From positions 35,588,001 through 35,652,000 of the forward strand of contig OZ024740.1 of the NCBI GenBank assembly GCA_964016885.1: a stretch of 64,000 nt of DNA, written 5' to 3'. Below are positions 10,989-23,400 of this stretch, piece after piece. The notes beneath the pieces were generated by a model. It did no database searches. It was not told where the DNA came from and saw only the letters and a program-made list of their open reading frames with translations. Source of the stretch: Eledone cirrhosa (taxonomy: Eukaryota). Position 1 is the stretch's first letter. Each line of letters opens with the position of its first letter. The position numbers and the translations under genes were made by a program.

Positions 10989-13900
10989 GATGTAAGGTGT
11001 TGTGGTTTAAGAGGCGACAGTGAGATGTAAGGTGTTGTGGTTCAACAGGCGACAGTTAGATGTAAGGTGTTGAGGTTTAACAGGTGACAGTTAGATGTAA
11101 GGTGTTGTGGTTTAACAGGCGACATTGAGATGTAAGGTGTAGTTGGTTAACGTGTGACAGTTAGATGTAAGGTGTTGTCGTTTAACAGGCAACAGATAGA
11201 TGGAAGGTGTTGTGGTTTAACAGGTGACAGTTAGATGTAAGGTATAGTGGTTTAACAGGCGACAGTGAGATGTAAGGTGTTGTGGTTCAACAGGCGACAG
11301 TTAGATGTAAGATGTTGTGGTTTAACAGACGACAGTGAGATGTAAGGTGTTGTGGTTTAACAGGCGACAGTGAGAGGTAAGGCGTTGTCGTTTAACAGGC
11401 GACAGTGAGATGTAAGGTGTTGTGGTTTAACAGGCGACAGTGAGATGTAAGGTGTAGTGGTTTAACAGGTGACAGTTAGATGTATGATGTTGTCGTTAAA
11501 CAGGCGACAGTTAGATGTAAGGTGTTGTGGTTCAACAGGCGACAGTGAGATGTAAGGTGTTGTGGTTTCACAGGTGATAGTTAGATGTAAGGTGTTGTGG
11601 TTTAAGAGGCGACAGTTAGATGTAAGGTGTTGTGGTTCAACAGGCGACAGTTAGATGTATGGTGTTGTGGTTGAACAGGTGACAGTTAGATGTAAGGTGT
11701 TGTGGTTTAACAGGCGACAGTGAGATGTAAGGTGTAGTGGGTTAACGGGTGACAGTTAGATGTAAGGTGTTGTCGTTTAACAGGCAACAGTTAGATGGAA
11801 GGTGTTGTGGTTTAACAGGTGACAGTTATATGTAAGGTATAGTGGTTTAACAGGCGACAGTGAGATGTAAGGTGTTGTGGTTCAACAGGCGACAGTTAGA
11901 TGTAAGGTTTTGTGGTTTAACAGGTGACAGTTAGATGTAAGGTGTTGTGGTTTAACAGGCGACAGTGAGATGTAAGGTGTTGTGGTTTAACAGGTGACAG
12001 TTAGATGTAAGATGTTATGGTTTAACAGACGACAGTTAGATATAATGTGTTGTGGTTCAACAGACGACAGTTAGATGTATGGTGTTGTGGTTTAAGAGGC
12101 GACAGTTATATGTAAGTGGTTGTGGTTTAACAGGTGACAGTTAGATGTAAGGTGTTGTGGTTTAACAGGTGACAGTTAGATGTAAGGTGTAGGGGTTTAA
12201 CAGGCAACAGTTAGATGTAAGGTATTGTGGTTTAACAGGCGACAGTTAGATGTAATGTGTTCTGGTTTAACAGGTGACAGTTAGATGTAAGGTGTTGTGG
12301 TTTAACAGGCGACAGTGAGATGTAAGGCGTTGTGGTTTAACAGGCGACAGTTAGATGTAAGGTGTTGTGTTTCAACAGGCGACAGTTAGATGTAAGTTGT
12401 TGTGTTTTAACATGTGACAGTTGTATGTAAGTTGTTGTGGTTTAACAGGCGACAGTTAGATGTATGGTGTAGTGGTTTAACAGACGACAGTTAGATGTAA
12501 CGTGTTGTGGTTTAACAGGTGACAGTTAGATGTAAGGTGTTGTGGTTTAACAGGCGACAGTGAGATGTAAGGTGTAGTTGGTCAACGGGTGACAGTTAGA
12601 TGTAAGGTGTTGTCGTTTAACAGGCAACAGATAGATGGAAGTTGTTGTGGTTTAACAGGTGACAGTTAGATGTAAGGTATAGTGGTTTAACAGGCGACAG
12701 TGAGATGTAAGGTGTTGTGGTTCAACAGGCGACAGTTAGATGTAAGATGTTGTGGTTTAACAGACGACAGTGAGATGTAAGTTGTTGTGGTTTAACAGGC
12801 GACAGTGAGAGGTAAGGCGTTGTCGTTTAACAGGCGACAGTTAGATGTAAGTTGTTGTGTTTTAACATGTGACAGTTGTATGTAAGTTGTTGTGCTTTAA
12901 CAGGCGACAGTTAGATGTATGGTGTTGTGGTTTAACAGGCGACAGTTATATGAAAGGTGTTGTGGTTTATCAGGTGACAGTTAGATGTATGGGGTTGTGG
13001 TTTAACAGGCGACAGTTAGATGTATGGTGTTGTGGTTTAACAGGAGACAGTTAGATGTAAGGTGGTGTGGTTTAACAGACGTCAGTTATATGTAAGGTGT
13101 TGTGGTTCAACGGACGAGAGTTAAATGTAAGGTGTTGTGGTTTAACAGACGACAGTTAGATGTAATGAGTCGTTTAACAGTTGTTAGTTAGATGTAAGGT
13201 GTAGTGGTTTAACAGGTGACAGTTAGATGTAAGGTGTTGTCTTTTAACAGGCGACAGTTAGATGGAAGGTGTTGTGGTTCAACATGCGATAGTTAGATGT
13301 ATGGTGTTGTGGTTTAACAGGCGACAGTGACATGTAAGATGTTGTGGTTTAACAGGCGACAGTGAGATGTAGGGTGTTGTAGTTTAACAGGCGACAGTGA
13401 GATGTAAGGTGTTGTGGTTCAACAGGCGACAGTTAGATGTATGGTGTTGTGGTTTAACAGGCGACAGTGACATGTAAGATGTTGTGGTTTAACAGGCGAC
13501 AGTGAGATGTAAGGTGTAGTGGTTTAACAGGTGACAGTTAGATGTAAGGTATAGTGGTTTAACAGGCGACAGTTAGATGTAAGGTGTTGTGGTTTAAGAG
13601 GCGACAGTGAGATGTAAGGTGTTGTGGTTCAACAGGTGACAGTTAGATGTAAGGTGTTGAGGTGTAACAGGTGACAGTTAGATGTAAGGTGTTGTGGTTT
13701 AACAGGCGACAGTGAGATGTAAGGTGTAGTTGGTTAACGGGTGACAGTTAGATGTAAGGTGTTGTCGTTTAACAGGCAACAGTTAGATGGAAGGTGTTGT
13801 GGTTTAACAGGTGACAGTTAGATGTAAGGTATAGTGGTTTAACAGGCGACAGTGAGATGTAAGGTATTGTGGTTTAACAGGTGACAGTTAGATGTAAGGT

Positions 13901-14379
13901 GTTGTGGTTTCACAGGTGATAGTTAGATGTAGGGTGTTGTGGTTTAACAGACGACAGTTAGATGTATTGTGTTGTGGTTCAACAGACGACAGTTAGATGT
14001 AAGCTTTTGTGGTTTAACAGGTGACAGTTAGATGTAAGGTGTTGTGGTTTAACAGGCGACAGTGAGTTGTAAGGTGTTGTGGTTTAACAGGTGACAGTTA
14101 GATGTAAGATGTTAAGGTTTAACAGACGAGAGTTAGATGTATTGTGTTGTGGTTCAACAGACGACAGTTAGATGTATGGTGTTGTGGTTTAACAGGCGAC
14201 AGTTATATGTAAGTGGTTGTGGTTTAACAGGTGACAGTTACATGTAAGGTGTTGTGGTTTAACAGGTGACAGTTAGACGTAAGGTGTAGGGGTTTCACAG
14301 GCAACAGTTAGATGTAAGGTGTTGTGGTTTAACAGGCGACAGTTAGATGTAATGTGTTCTGGTTTATCAGGCAACAGTT

Positions 14380-16915
14380 AGATGTAAGGTGTTGTGGTTT
14401 AACAGGTGACAGTTAGATGTAAGGTGTAGTGGTGTAACAGACGACAGTTAGATGTAAGGTGTAGTGGTTTAACAGACGACAGTTAGATGTAAGGTGTAGT
14501 GGTTTAACAGACGACAGTTATATGTAAGGTGTTGTGGATTAACAGCCGACAGTTTGATGTAAGTGTTGTGGTTTAACAGCCGACGGTTAGATGTAAGGTG
14601 TTGTGGTTTAACAGGTGACAGTTAGATGTAAGGTGTTGTGTTTCAACAGGCGACAGTTAGATGTAAGTTGTTGTGTTTTAACATGTGACAGTTGTATGTA
14701 AGTTGTTGTGGTTTAACAGGCGACAGTTAGATGTATGGTGTTGTGGTTTAACAGGCGACAGTTATATGAAAGGTGTTGTGGTTTATCAGGTGACAGTTAG
14801 ATGTATGGGGTTGTGGTTTAACAGGCGACAGTTAGATGTATGGTGTTGTGGTTTAACAGGAGACAGTTAGATGTAAGGCGTTGTCGTTTAACAGGCGACA
14901 GTGAGATGTAAGGTGTTGTGGTTTAACAGGCGACAGTGAGATGTAAGGTGTAGTGGTTTAACAGGTGACAGTTAGATGTATGATGTTGTCGTTAAACAGG
15001 CGACAGTTAGATGTAAGGTGTTGTGGTTCAACAGGCGACAGTGAGATGTAAGGTGTTGTGGTTTCACAGGTGATAGTTAGATGTAAGGTGTTGTGGTTTA
15101 AGAGGCGACAGTTAGATGTAAGGTGTTGTGGTTCAACAGGCGACAGTTAGATGTATGGTGTTGTGGTTGAACAGGTGACAGTTAGATGTAAGGTGTTGTG
15201 GTTTAACAGGCGACAGTGAGATGTAAGGTGTAGTGGGGTAACGGGTGACAGTTAGATGTAAGGTGTTGTCGTTTAACAGGCAACAGTTAGATGGAAGGTG
15301 TTGTGGTTTAACAGGTGACAGTTATATGTAAGGTATAGTGGTTTAACAGGCGACAGTGAGATGTAAGGTGTTGTGGTTCAACAGGCGACAGTTAGATGTA
15401 AGGTGTTGTGGTTTAACAGGTGACAGTTAGATGTAAGGTGTTGTGGTTTAACAGGCGACAGTGAGATGTAAGGTGTTGTGGTTTAACAGGTGACAGTTAG
15501 ATGTAAGATGTTATGGTTTAACAGACGACAGTTAGATGTAATGTGTTGTGGTTCAACAGACGACAGTTAGATGTATGGTGTTATGGTTTAAGAGGCGACA
15601 GTTATATGTAAGGGGTTGTGGTTTAACAGGTGACAGTTAGATGTAAGGTGTTGTGGTTTAACAGGTGACAGTTAGATGTAAGGTGTAGTGGTGTAACAGA
15701 CGACAGTTAGATGTAAGGTGTAGTGGTTTAACAGACGACAGTTAGATGTAAGGTGTAGTGGTTTAACAGACGACAGTTATATGTAAGGTGTTGTGGATTA
15801 ACAGCCGACAGTTTGATGTAAGTGTTGTGGTTTAACAGCCGACGGTTAGATGTAAGGTGTTGTGGTTTAACAGGTGACAGTTAGATGTAAGGTGTTGTGT
15901 TTCAACAGGCGACAGTTAGATGTAAGTTGTTGTGTTTTAACATGTGACAATTGTATGTAAGTTGTTGTGGTTTAACAGGCGACAGTTAGATGTATGGTGT
16001 TGTGGTTTAACAGGCGACAGTTATATGAAAGGTGTTGTGGTTTATCAGGTGACAGTTAGATGTATGGGGTTGTGGTTTAACAGGCGACAGTTAGATTTAT
16101 GGTGTTGTGGTTTAACAGGAGACAGTTAGATGTAAGGCGTTGTCGTTTAACAGGCGACAGTGAGATGTAAGGTGTTGTGGTTTAACAGGCGACAGTGAGA
16201 TGTAAGGTGTAGTGGTTTAACAGGTGACAGTTAGATGTATGATGTTGTCGTTAAACAGGCGACAGTTAGATGTAAGGTGTTGTGGTTCAACAGGCGACAG
16301 TGAGATGTAAGGTGTTGTGGTTTCACAGGTGATAGTTAGATGTAAGGTGTTGTGGTTTAAGAGGCGACAGTTAGATGTAAGGTGTTGTGGTTCAACAGGC
16401 GACAGTTAGATGTATGGTGTTGTGGTTGAACAGGTGACAGTTAGATGTAAGGTGTTGTGGTTTAACAGGCGACAGTGAGATGTAAGGTGTAGTGGGGTAA
16501 CGGGTGACAGTTAGATGTAAGGTGTTGTCGTTTAACAGGCAACAGTTAGATGGAAGGTGTTGTGGTTTAACAGGTGACAGTTATATGTAAGGTATAGTGG
16601 TTTAACAGGCGACAGTGAGATGTAAGGTGTTGTGGTTCAACAGGCGACAGTTAGATGTAAGGTGTTGTGGTTTAACAGGTGACAGTTAGATGTAAGGTGT
16701 TGTGGTTTAACAGGCGACAGTGAGATGTAAGGTGTTGTGGTTTAACAGGTGACAGTTAGATGTAAGATGTTATGGTTTAACAGACGACAGTTAGATGTAA
16801 TGTGTTGTGGTTCAACAGACGACAGTTAGATGTATGGTGTTATGGTTTAAGAGGCGACAGTTATATGTAAGGGGTTGTGGTTTAACAGGTGACAGTTAGA
16901 TGTAAGGTGTTGTGG
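14380..16915 (+). repeat. Recent 36-monomer (1,259 bp) tandem duplication
   Basis: The private variants GCCGACGGTTAG (~14579/~15838) and TAGTGGGGTAACGG (15231/16490) and the marker ORFs 14685/15944 are all offset by 1259 = 36x35-1. Boundaries are approximate. Confidence 0.88.
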
Positions 16916-17450
16916 TTAAACAGGTGACAGTTAGATGTAAGGTGTAGGGGTTTAACAGGCAACAGTTAGATGTAAGGTATTGTGGTTTAACAGGCGACAG
17001 TTAGATGTAATGTGTTCTGGTTTAACAGGTGACAGTTAGATGTAAGGTGTTGTGGTTTAACAGGCGACAGTGAGATGTAAGGCGTTGTGGTTTAACAGGC
17101 GACAGTTAGATGTAAGGTGTTGTGTTTCAACAGGCGACAGTTAGATGTAAGTTGTTGTGTTTTAACATGTGACAGTTGTATGTAAGTTGTTGTGGTTTAA
17201 CAGGCGACAGTTAGATGTATGGTGTTGTGTTTTAACAGACGACAGTTAGATGTAACGTGTTGTGGTTTAACAGGTGACAGTTAGATGTAAGGTGTTGTGG
17301 TTTAACAGGCGACAGTGAGATGTAAGGTGTAGTTGGTTAACGGGTGACAGTTAGATGTAAGGTGTTGTCGTTTAACAGGCAACAGATAGATGGAAGGTGT
17401 TGTGGTTTAACAGGTGACAGTTAGATGTAAGGTTTAGTGGTTTAACAGGC

Positions 17451-20400
17451 GACAGTGAGATGTAAGGTGTTGTGGTTCAACAGGCGACAGTTAGATGTAA
17501 GGTGTTGTGGTTTAACAGGCGACAGTGAGAGGTAAGGCGTTGTCGTTTAACAGGCGACAGTTAGATGTAAGTTGTTGTGTTTTAACATGTGACAGTTGTA
17601 TGTAAGTTGTTGTGGTTTAACAGGCGACAGTTAGATGTATGGTGTTGTGGTTTAACAGGCGACAGTTATATGAAAGGTGTTGTGGTTTATCAGGTGACAG
17701 TTAGATGTATGGGGTTGTGGTTTAACAGGCGACAGTTAGATGTATGGTGTTTTGGTTTAACAGGAGACAGTTAGATGTAAGTTGGTGTGGTTTAACAAAC
17801 GACAGTTAGATGTAAGGTGTTATGGTTCAACAGGCAACATATAGATGTAAGGTGTTGTGGTTTAACAGGTGACAGTTAGATGTTAGGTGTTGTCTTTCAA
17901 CAGGTGATAGTCAGATGTAAGGTGTTGTGGTTTAACAGGTGACAGTTGTATGTAAGTTGTTGTGGTTTAACAGGCAACAGTTAGATGTAAGGTGTTGTGG
18001 TTTAACAGGCGACAGTTAGATGTAAGGTGTTGTGGTTTAACAGGTGACAGTTAGATGTAAGATGTTGTGGTTTAACAGGTGACAGTTGTATGAAAGTTGT
18101 TGTGGTTCAACAGACGAGAGTTAAATGTAAGGTGTTGTGGTTTAACAGACGACAGTTAGATGTAATGTGTTGTTTAACAGACGTTAGTTAGATGTAAGGT
18201 GTAGTGGTTTAACAGGTGACAGTTAGATGTAAGGTGTTGTCGTTTAACAGGCGACAGTGAGATATAAGTTGTTGTGTTTTAACAGGCGACAGTGAGATGT
18301 AAGGTGTTGTGGTTTAACAGGCGACAGTGAGATGTAAGGTGTAGTGGTTTAACAGGTGACAGTTAGATGTATGGTGTTGTCGTTAAACAGGCGACAGTTA
18401 GATGTAAGGTGTTGTGGTTCAACAGGCGACAGTTAGATGTAAGGTGTTGTGGTTTAAGAGGCGACAGTGAGATGTAATGTGTTGTTATTTCATAGGTGAC
18501 AGTTAGATGTAAGGTGTTGTGGTTTAACAGGCGACAGTTAGATGTAAGGTGTTGTGGTTTAACAGGCGACAGTGAGATGTAAGCTGTTGTGGTTTAACAG
18601 GCGACAGTGAGATGTAAGGTGTAGTGGTTTAACAGGTGACAGTTAGATGTATGGTGTTGTCGTTAAACAGGCGACAGTTAGATGGAAGGTGTTGTCGTTT
18701 AACAGGCGACAGTTACATGGAAGGTGTTGTGGTTTAACAGGTGACAGTTAGATGTAAGGTATAGTGGTTTAACAGGCGACAGCTAGATGTAAGGTGTTAT
18801 GGTTCAACAGGCGACAGTTAGATGTAAGGTGTTGATGTTTAACAGGTGACAGTTAGATGTAAGGTGTTGTGGTTTAAGAGGCGACAGTGAGATGTAAGGT
18901 GTTGTGGTTCAACAGGCGACAGTTAAATGTAAGGTGTTGAGGTTTAACAGGTGACAGTTAGATGTAAGGTGTTGTGGTTTAACAGGCGACAGTGAGATGT
19001 AAGGTGTAGTTGGTTAACGGGTGACAGTTAGATGTAAGGTGTTGTCGTTTAACAGGCAACAGATAGATGGAAGGTGTTGTGGTTTAACAGGTGACAGTTA
19101 AATGTAAGGTATAGTGGTTTAACAGGCGACAGTGAGATGTAAGGTGTTGTGGTTCAACAGGCGACAGTTAGATGTAAGATGTTGTGGTTTAACAGACGAC
19201 AGTGAGATGTAAGGTGTTGTGGTTTAACAGGCGACAGTGAGAGGTAAGGCGTTGTCGTTTAACAGGCGACAGTGAGATGTAAGGTGTTGTGGTTTAACAG
19301 GCGACAGTGAGATGTAAGGTGTAGTGGTTTAACAGGTGACAGTTAGATGTATGATGTTGTCGTTAAACAGGCGACAGTTAGATGTAAGGTGTTGTGGTTC
19401 AACAGGCGACAGTGAGATGTAAGGTGTTGTGGTTTCACAGGTGATAGTTAGATGTAAGGTGTTGTGGTTTAAGAGGCGACAGTTAGATGTAAGGTGTTGT
19501 GGTTCAACAGGCGACAGTTAGATGTATGGTGTTGTGGTTGAACAGGTGACAGTTAGATGTAAGGTGTTGTGGTTTAACAGGCGACAGTGAGATGTAAGGT
19601 GTAGTGGGTTAACGGGTGACAGTTAGATGTAAGGTGTTGTCGTTTAACAGGCAACAGTTAGATGGAAGGTGTTGTGGTTTAACAGGTGACAGTTATATGT
19701 AAGGTATAGTGCTTTAACAGGCGACAGTGAGATGTAAGGTGTTGTGGTTCAACAGGCGACAGTTAGATGTAATGTGTTGTGGCTCAACAGACGACAGTTA
19801 GATGTATGGTGTTGTGGTTTAAGAGGCGACAGTTATATGTAAGTGGTTGTGGTTTAACAGGTGACAGTTAGATGTAAGGTGTCGTGGTTTAACAGGTGAC
19901 AGTTAGATGTAAGGTGTAGGGGTTTAACAGGCAACAGTTAGATGTAAGGTATTGTGGTTTAACAGGCGACAGTTAGATGTAATTTGTTCTGGTTTAACAG
20001 GTGACAGTTAGATGTAAGGTGTTGTGGTTTAACAGGCGACAGTGAGATGTAAGGCGTTGTGGTTTAACAGGCGACAGTTAGATGTATGGTGTTGTGGTTT
20101 AACAGGCAACAGTTAGATGTAAGGTGTAGTGGTTTAACAGACGACAGTAAGATGTAACGTGTTGTGGTTTAACAGGTGACAGTTAGATGTAAGGTGTTGG
20201 GGTTCAACAGGCGACAGATAGATGGAAGGTGTTGTGGTTTAACAGGTGACAGTTAGATGTAAGGTGTAGTGGTTTAACAGGCGACAGTGAGATGTAACGT
20301 GTTTTGGTTTAACCGACGACAGTGAGATGTAAGGTGTTGTGGTTTAACAGGTGACAGTTAGATGTAAGGTGTTGTGGTTTAACAGGCGACAGTGAGATGT

Positions 20401-23400
20401 AAGGCGTTGTGGTTTAACAGGCGACAGTTAGATGTAAGGTGTTGTGTTTCAACAGGCGACAGTTAGATGTAAGTTGTTGTGTTTTAACATGTGACAGTTG
20501 TATGTAAGTTGTTGTGGTTTAACAGGCGACAGTTAGATGTATGGTGTTGTGTTTTAACAGACGACAGTTAGATGTAACGTGTTGTGGTTTAACAGGTGAC
20601 AGTTAGATGTAAGGTGTTGTGGTTTAACAGGCGACAGTGAGATGTAAGGTGTAGTTGGTTAACGGGTGACAGTTAGATGTAAGGTGTTGTCGTTTAACAG
20701 GCAACAGATAGATGGAAGGTGTTGTGGTTTAACAGGTGACAGTTAGATGTAAGGTATAGTGGTTTAACAGGCGACAGTGAGATGTAAGGTGTTGTGGTTC
20801 AACAGGCGACAGTTAGATGTAAGATGTTGTGGTTTAACAGACGACAGTGAGATGTAAGGTGTTGTGGTTTAACAGGCGACAGTGAGAGGTAAGGCGTTGT
20901 CGTTTAACAGGCGACAGTTAGATGTAAGTTGTTGTGTTTTAACATGTGACAGTTGTATGTAAGTTGTTGTGGTTTAACAGGCGACAGTTAGATGTATGGT
21001 GTTGTGGTTTAACAGGCGACAGTTATATGAAAGGTGTTGTGGTTTATCAGGTGACAGTTAGATGTATGGGGTTGTGGTTTAACAGGCGACAGTTAGATGT
21101 ATGGTGTTGTGGTTTAACAGGAGACAGTTAGATGTAAGTTGGTGTGGTTTAACAAACGACAGTTAGATGTAAGGTGTTGTGGTTCAACAGGCAACATATA
21201 GATGTAAGGTGTTGTGGTTTAACAGGTGACAGTTAGATGTTAGGTGTTGTCTTTCAACAGGTGATAGTCAGATGTAAGGTGTTGTGGTTTAACAGGTGAC
21301 AGTTGTATGTAAGTTGTTGTGGTTTAACAGGCAACAGTTAGATGTAAGGTGTTGTGGTTTAACAGGCGACAGTTAGATGTAAGGTGTTGTGGTTTAACAG
21401 GTGACAGTTAGATGTAAGATGTTGTGGTTTAACAGGTGACAGTTGTATGAAAGTTGTTGTGGTTCAACAGACGAGAGTTAAATGTAAGGTGTTGTGGTTT
21501 AACAGACGACAGTTAGATGTAATGTGTTGTTTAACAGACGTTAGTTAGATGTAAGGTGTAGTGGTTTAACAGGTGACAGTTAGATGTAAGGTGTTGTCGT
21601 TTAACAGGCGACAGTGAGATATAAGTTGTTGTGTTTTAACAGGCGACAGTGAGATGTAAGGTGTTGTGGTTTAACAGGCGACAGTGAGATGTAAGGTGTA
21701 GTGGTTTAACAGGTGACAGTTAGATGTATGGTGTTGTCGTTAAACAGGCGACAGTTAGATGTAAGGTGTTGTGGTTCAACAGGCGACAGTTAGATGTAAG
21801 GTGTTGTGGTTTAAGAGGCGACAGTGAGATGTAATGTGTTGTTATTTCATAGGTGACAGTTAGATGTAAGGTGTTGTGGTTTAACAGGCGACAGTTAGAT
21901 GTAAGGTGTTGTGGTTCAACAGGCGACAGTGAGATGTAAGGTGTTGTGGTTTAACAGGCGACAGTGAGATGTAAGGTGTAGTGGTTTAACAGGTGACAGT
22001 TAGATGTATGGTGTTGTCGTTAAACAGGCGACAGTTAGATGGAAGGTGTTGTGGTTTAACAGGCGACAGTTAGATGTAAGGTGTTGTGGTTTAACAGGCG
22101 ACAGTTAGATGTAAGGTGTTGTGGTTTAACAGGCGACAGTTAGATGTAAGGTGTTGTTGTTTAACAGGCGACAGTTACATGGAAGGTGTTGTGGTTTAAC
22201 AGGTGACAGTTAGATGTAAGGTGTAGTGGTTTAACAGGTGACAGTTAGATGTAAGGTATAGTGGTTTAACAGGCGACAGCTAGATGTAAGGTGTTATGGT
22301 TCAACAGGCGACAGTTAGATGTAAGGTGTTGATGTTTAACAGGTGACAGTTAGATATAAGGTGTTGTGGTTTAAGAGGCGACAGTGAGATGTAAGGTGTT
22401 GTGGTTCAACAGGCGACAGTTAAATGTAAGGTGTTGAGGTTTAACAGGTGACAGTTAGATGTAAGGTGTTGTGGTTTAACAGGCGACAGTGAGATGTAAG
22501 GTGTAGTTGGTTAACGGGTGACAGTTAGATGTAAGGTGTTGTCGTTTAACAGGCAACAGATAGATGGAAGGTGTTGTGGTTTAACAGGTGACAGTTATAT
22601 GTAAGGTATAGTGCTTTAACAGGCGACAGTGAGATGTAAGGTGTTGTGGTTCAACAGGCGACAGTGAGATGTAAGGTGTTGTGGTTTCACAGGTGATAGT
22701 TAGATGTAAGGTGTTGTGGTTTAAGAGGCGACAGTTAGATGTAAGGTGTTGTGGTTCAACAGGCGACAGTTAGATGTATGGTGTTGTGGTTGAACAGGTG
22801 ACAGTTAGATGTAAGGTGTTGTGGTTTAACAGGCGACAGTGAGATGTAAGGTGTAGTGGGTTAACGGGTGACAGTTAGATGTAAGGTGTTGTCGTTTAAC
22901 AGGCAACAGTTAGATGGAAGGTGTTGTGGTTTAACAGGTGACAGTTATATGTAAGGTATAGTGCTTTAACAGGCGACAGTGAGATGTAAGGTGTTGTGGT
23001 TCAACAGGCGACAGTTAGATGTAAGGTTTTGTGGTTTAACAGGTGACAGTTAGATGTAAGGTGTTGTGGTTTAACAGGCAACAGTGAGATGTAAGGTGTT
23101 GTGGTTTAACAGGTGACAGTTAGATGTAAGATGTTATGGTTTAACAGACGACAGTTAGATGTAATGTGTTGTGGCTCAACAGACGACAGTTAGATGTATG
23201 GTGTTGTGGTTTAAGAGGCGACAGTTATATGTAAGTGGTTGTGGTTTAACAGGTGACAGTTAGATGTAAGGTGTCGTGGTTTAACAGGTGACAGTTAGAT
23301 GTAAGGTGTAGGGGTTTAACAGGCAACAGTTAGATGTAAGGTATTGTGGTTTAACAGGCGACAGTTAGATGTAATGTGTTCTGGTTTAACAGGTGACAGT

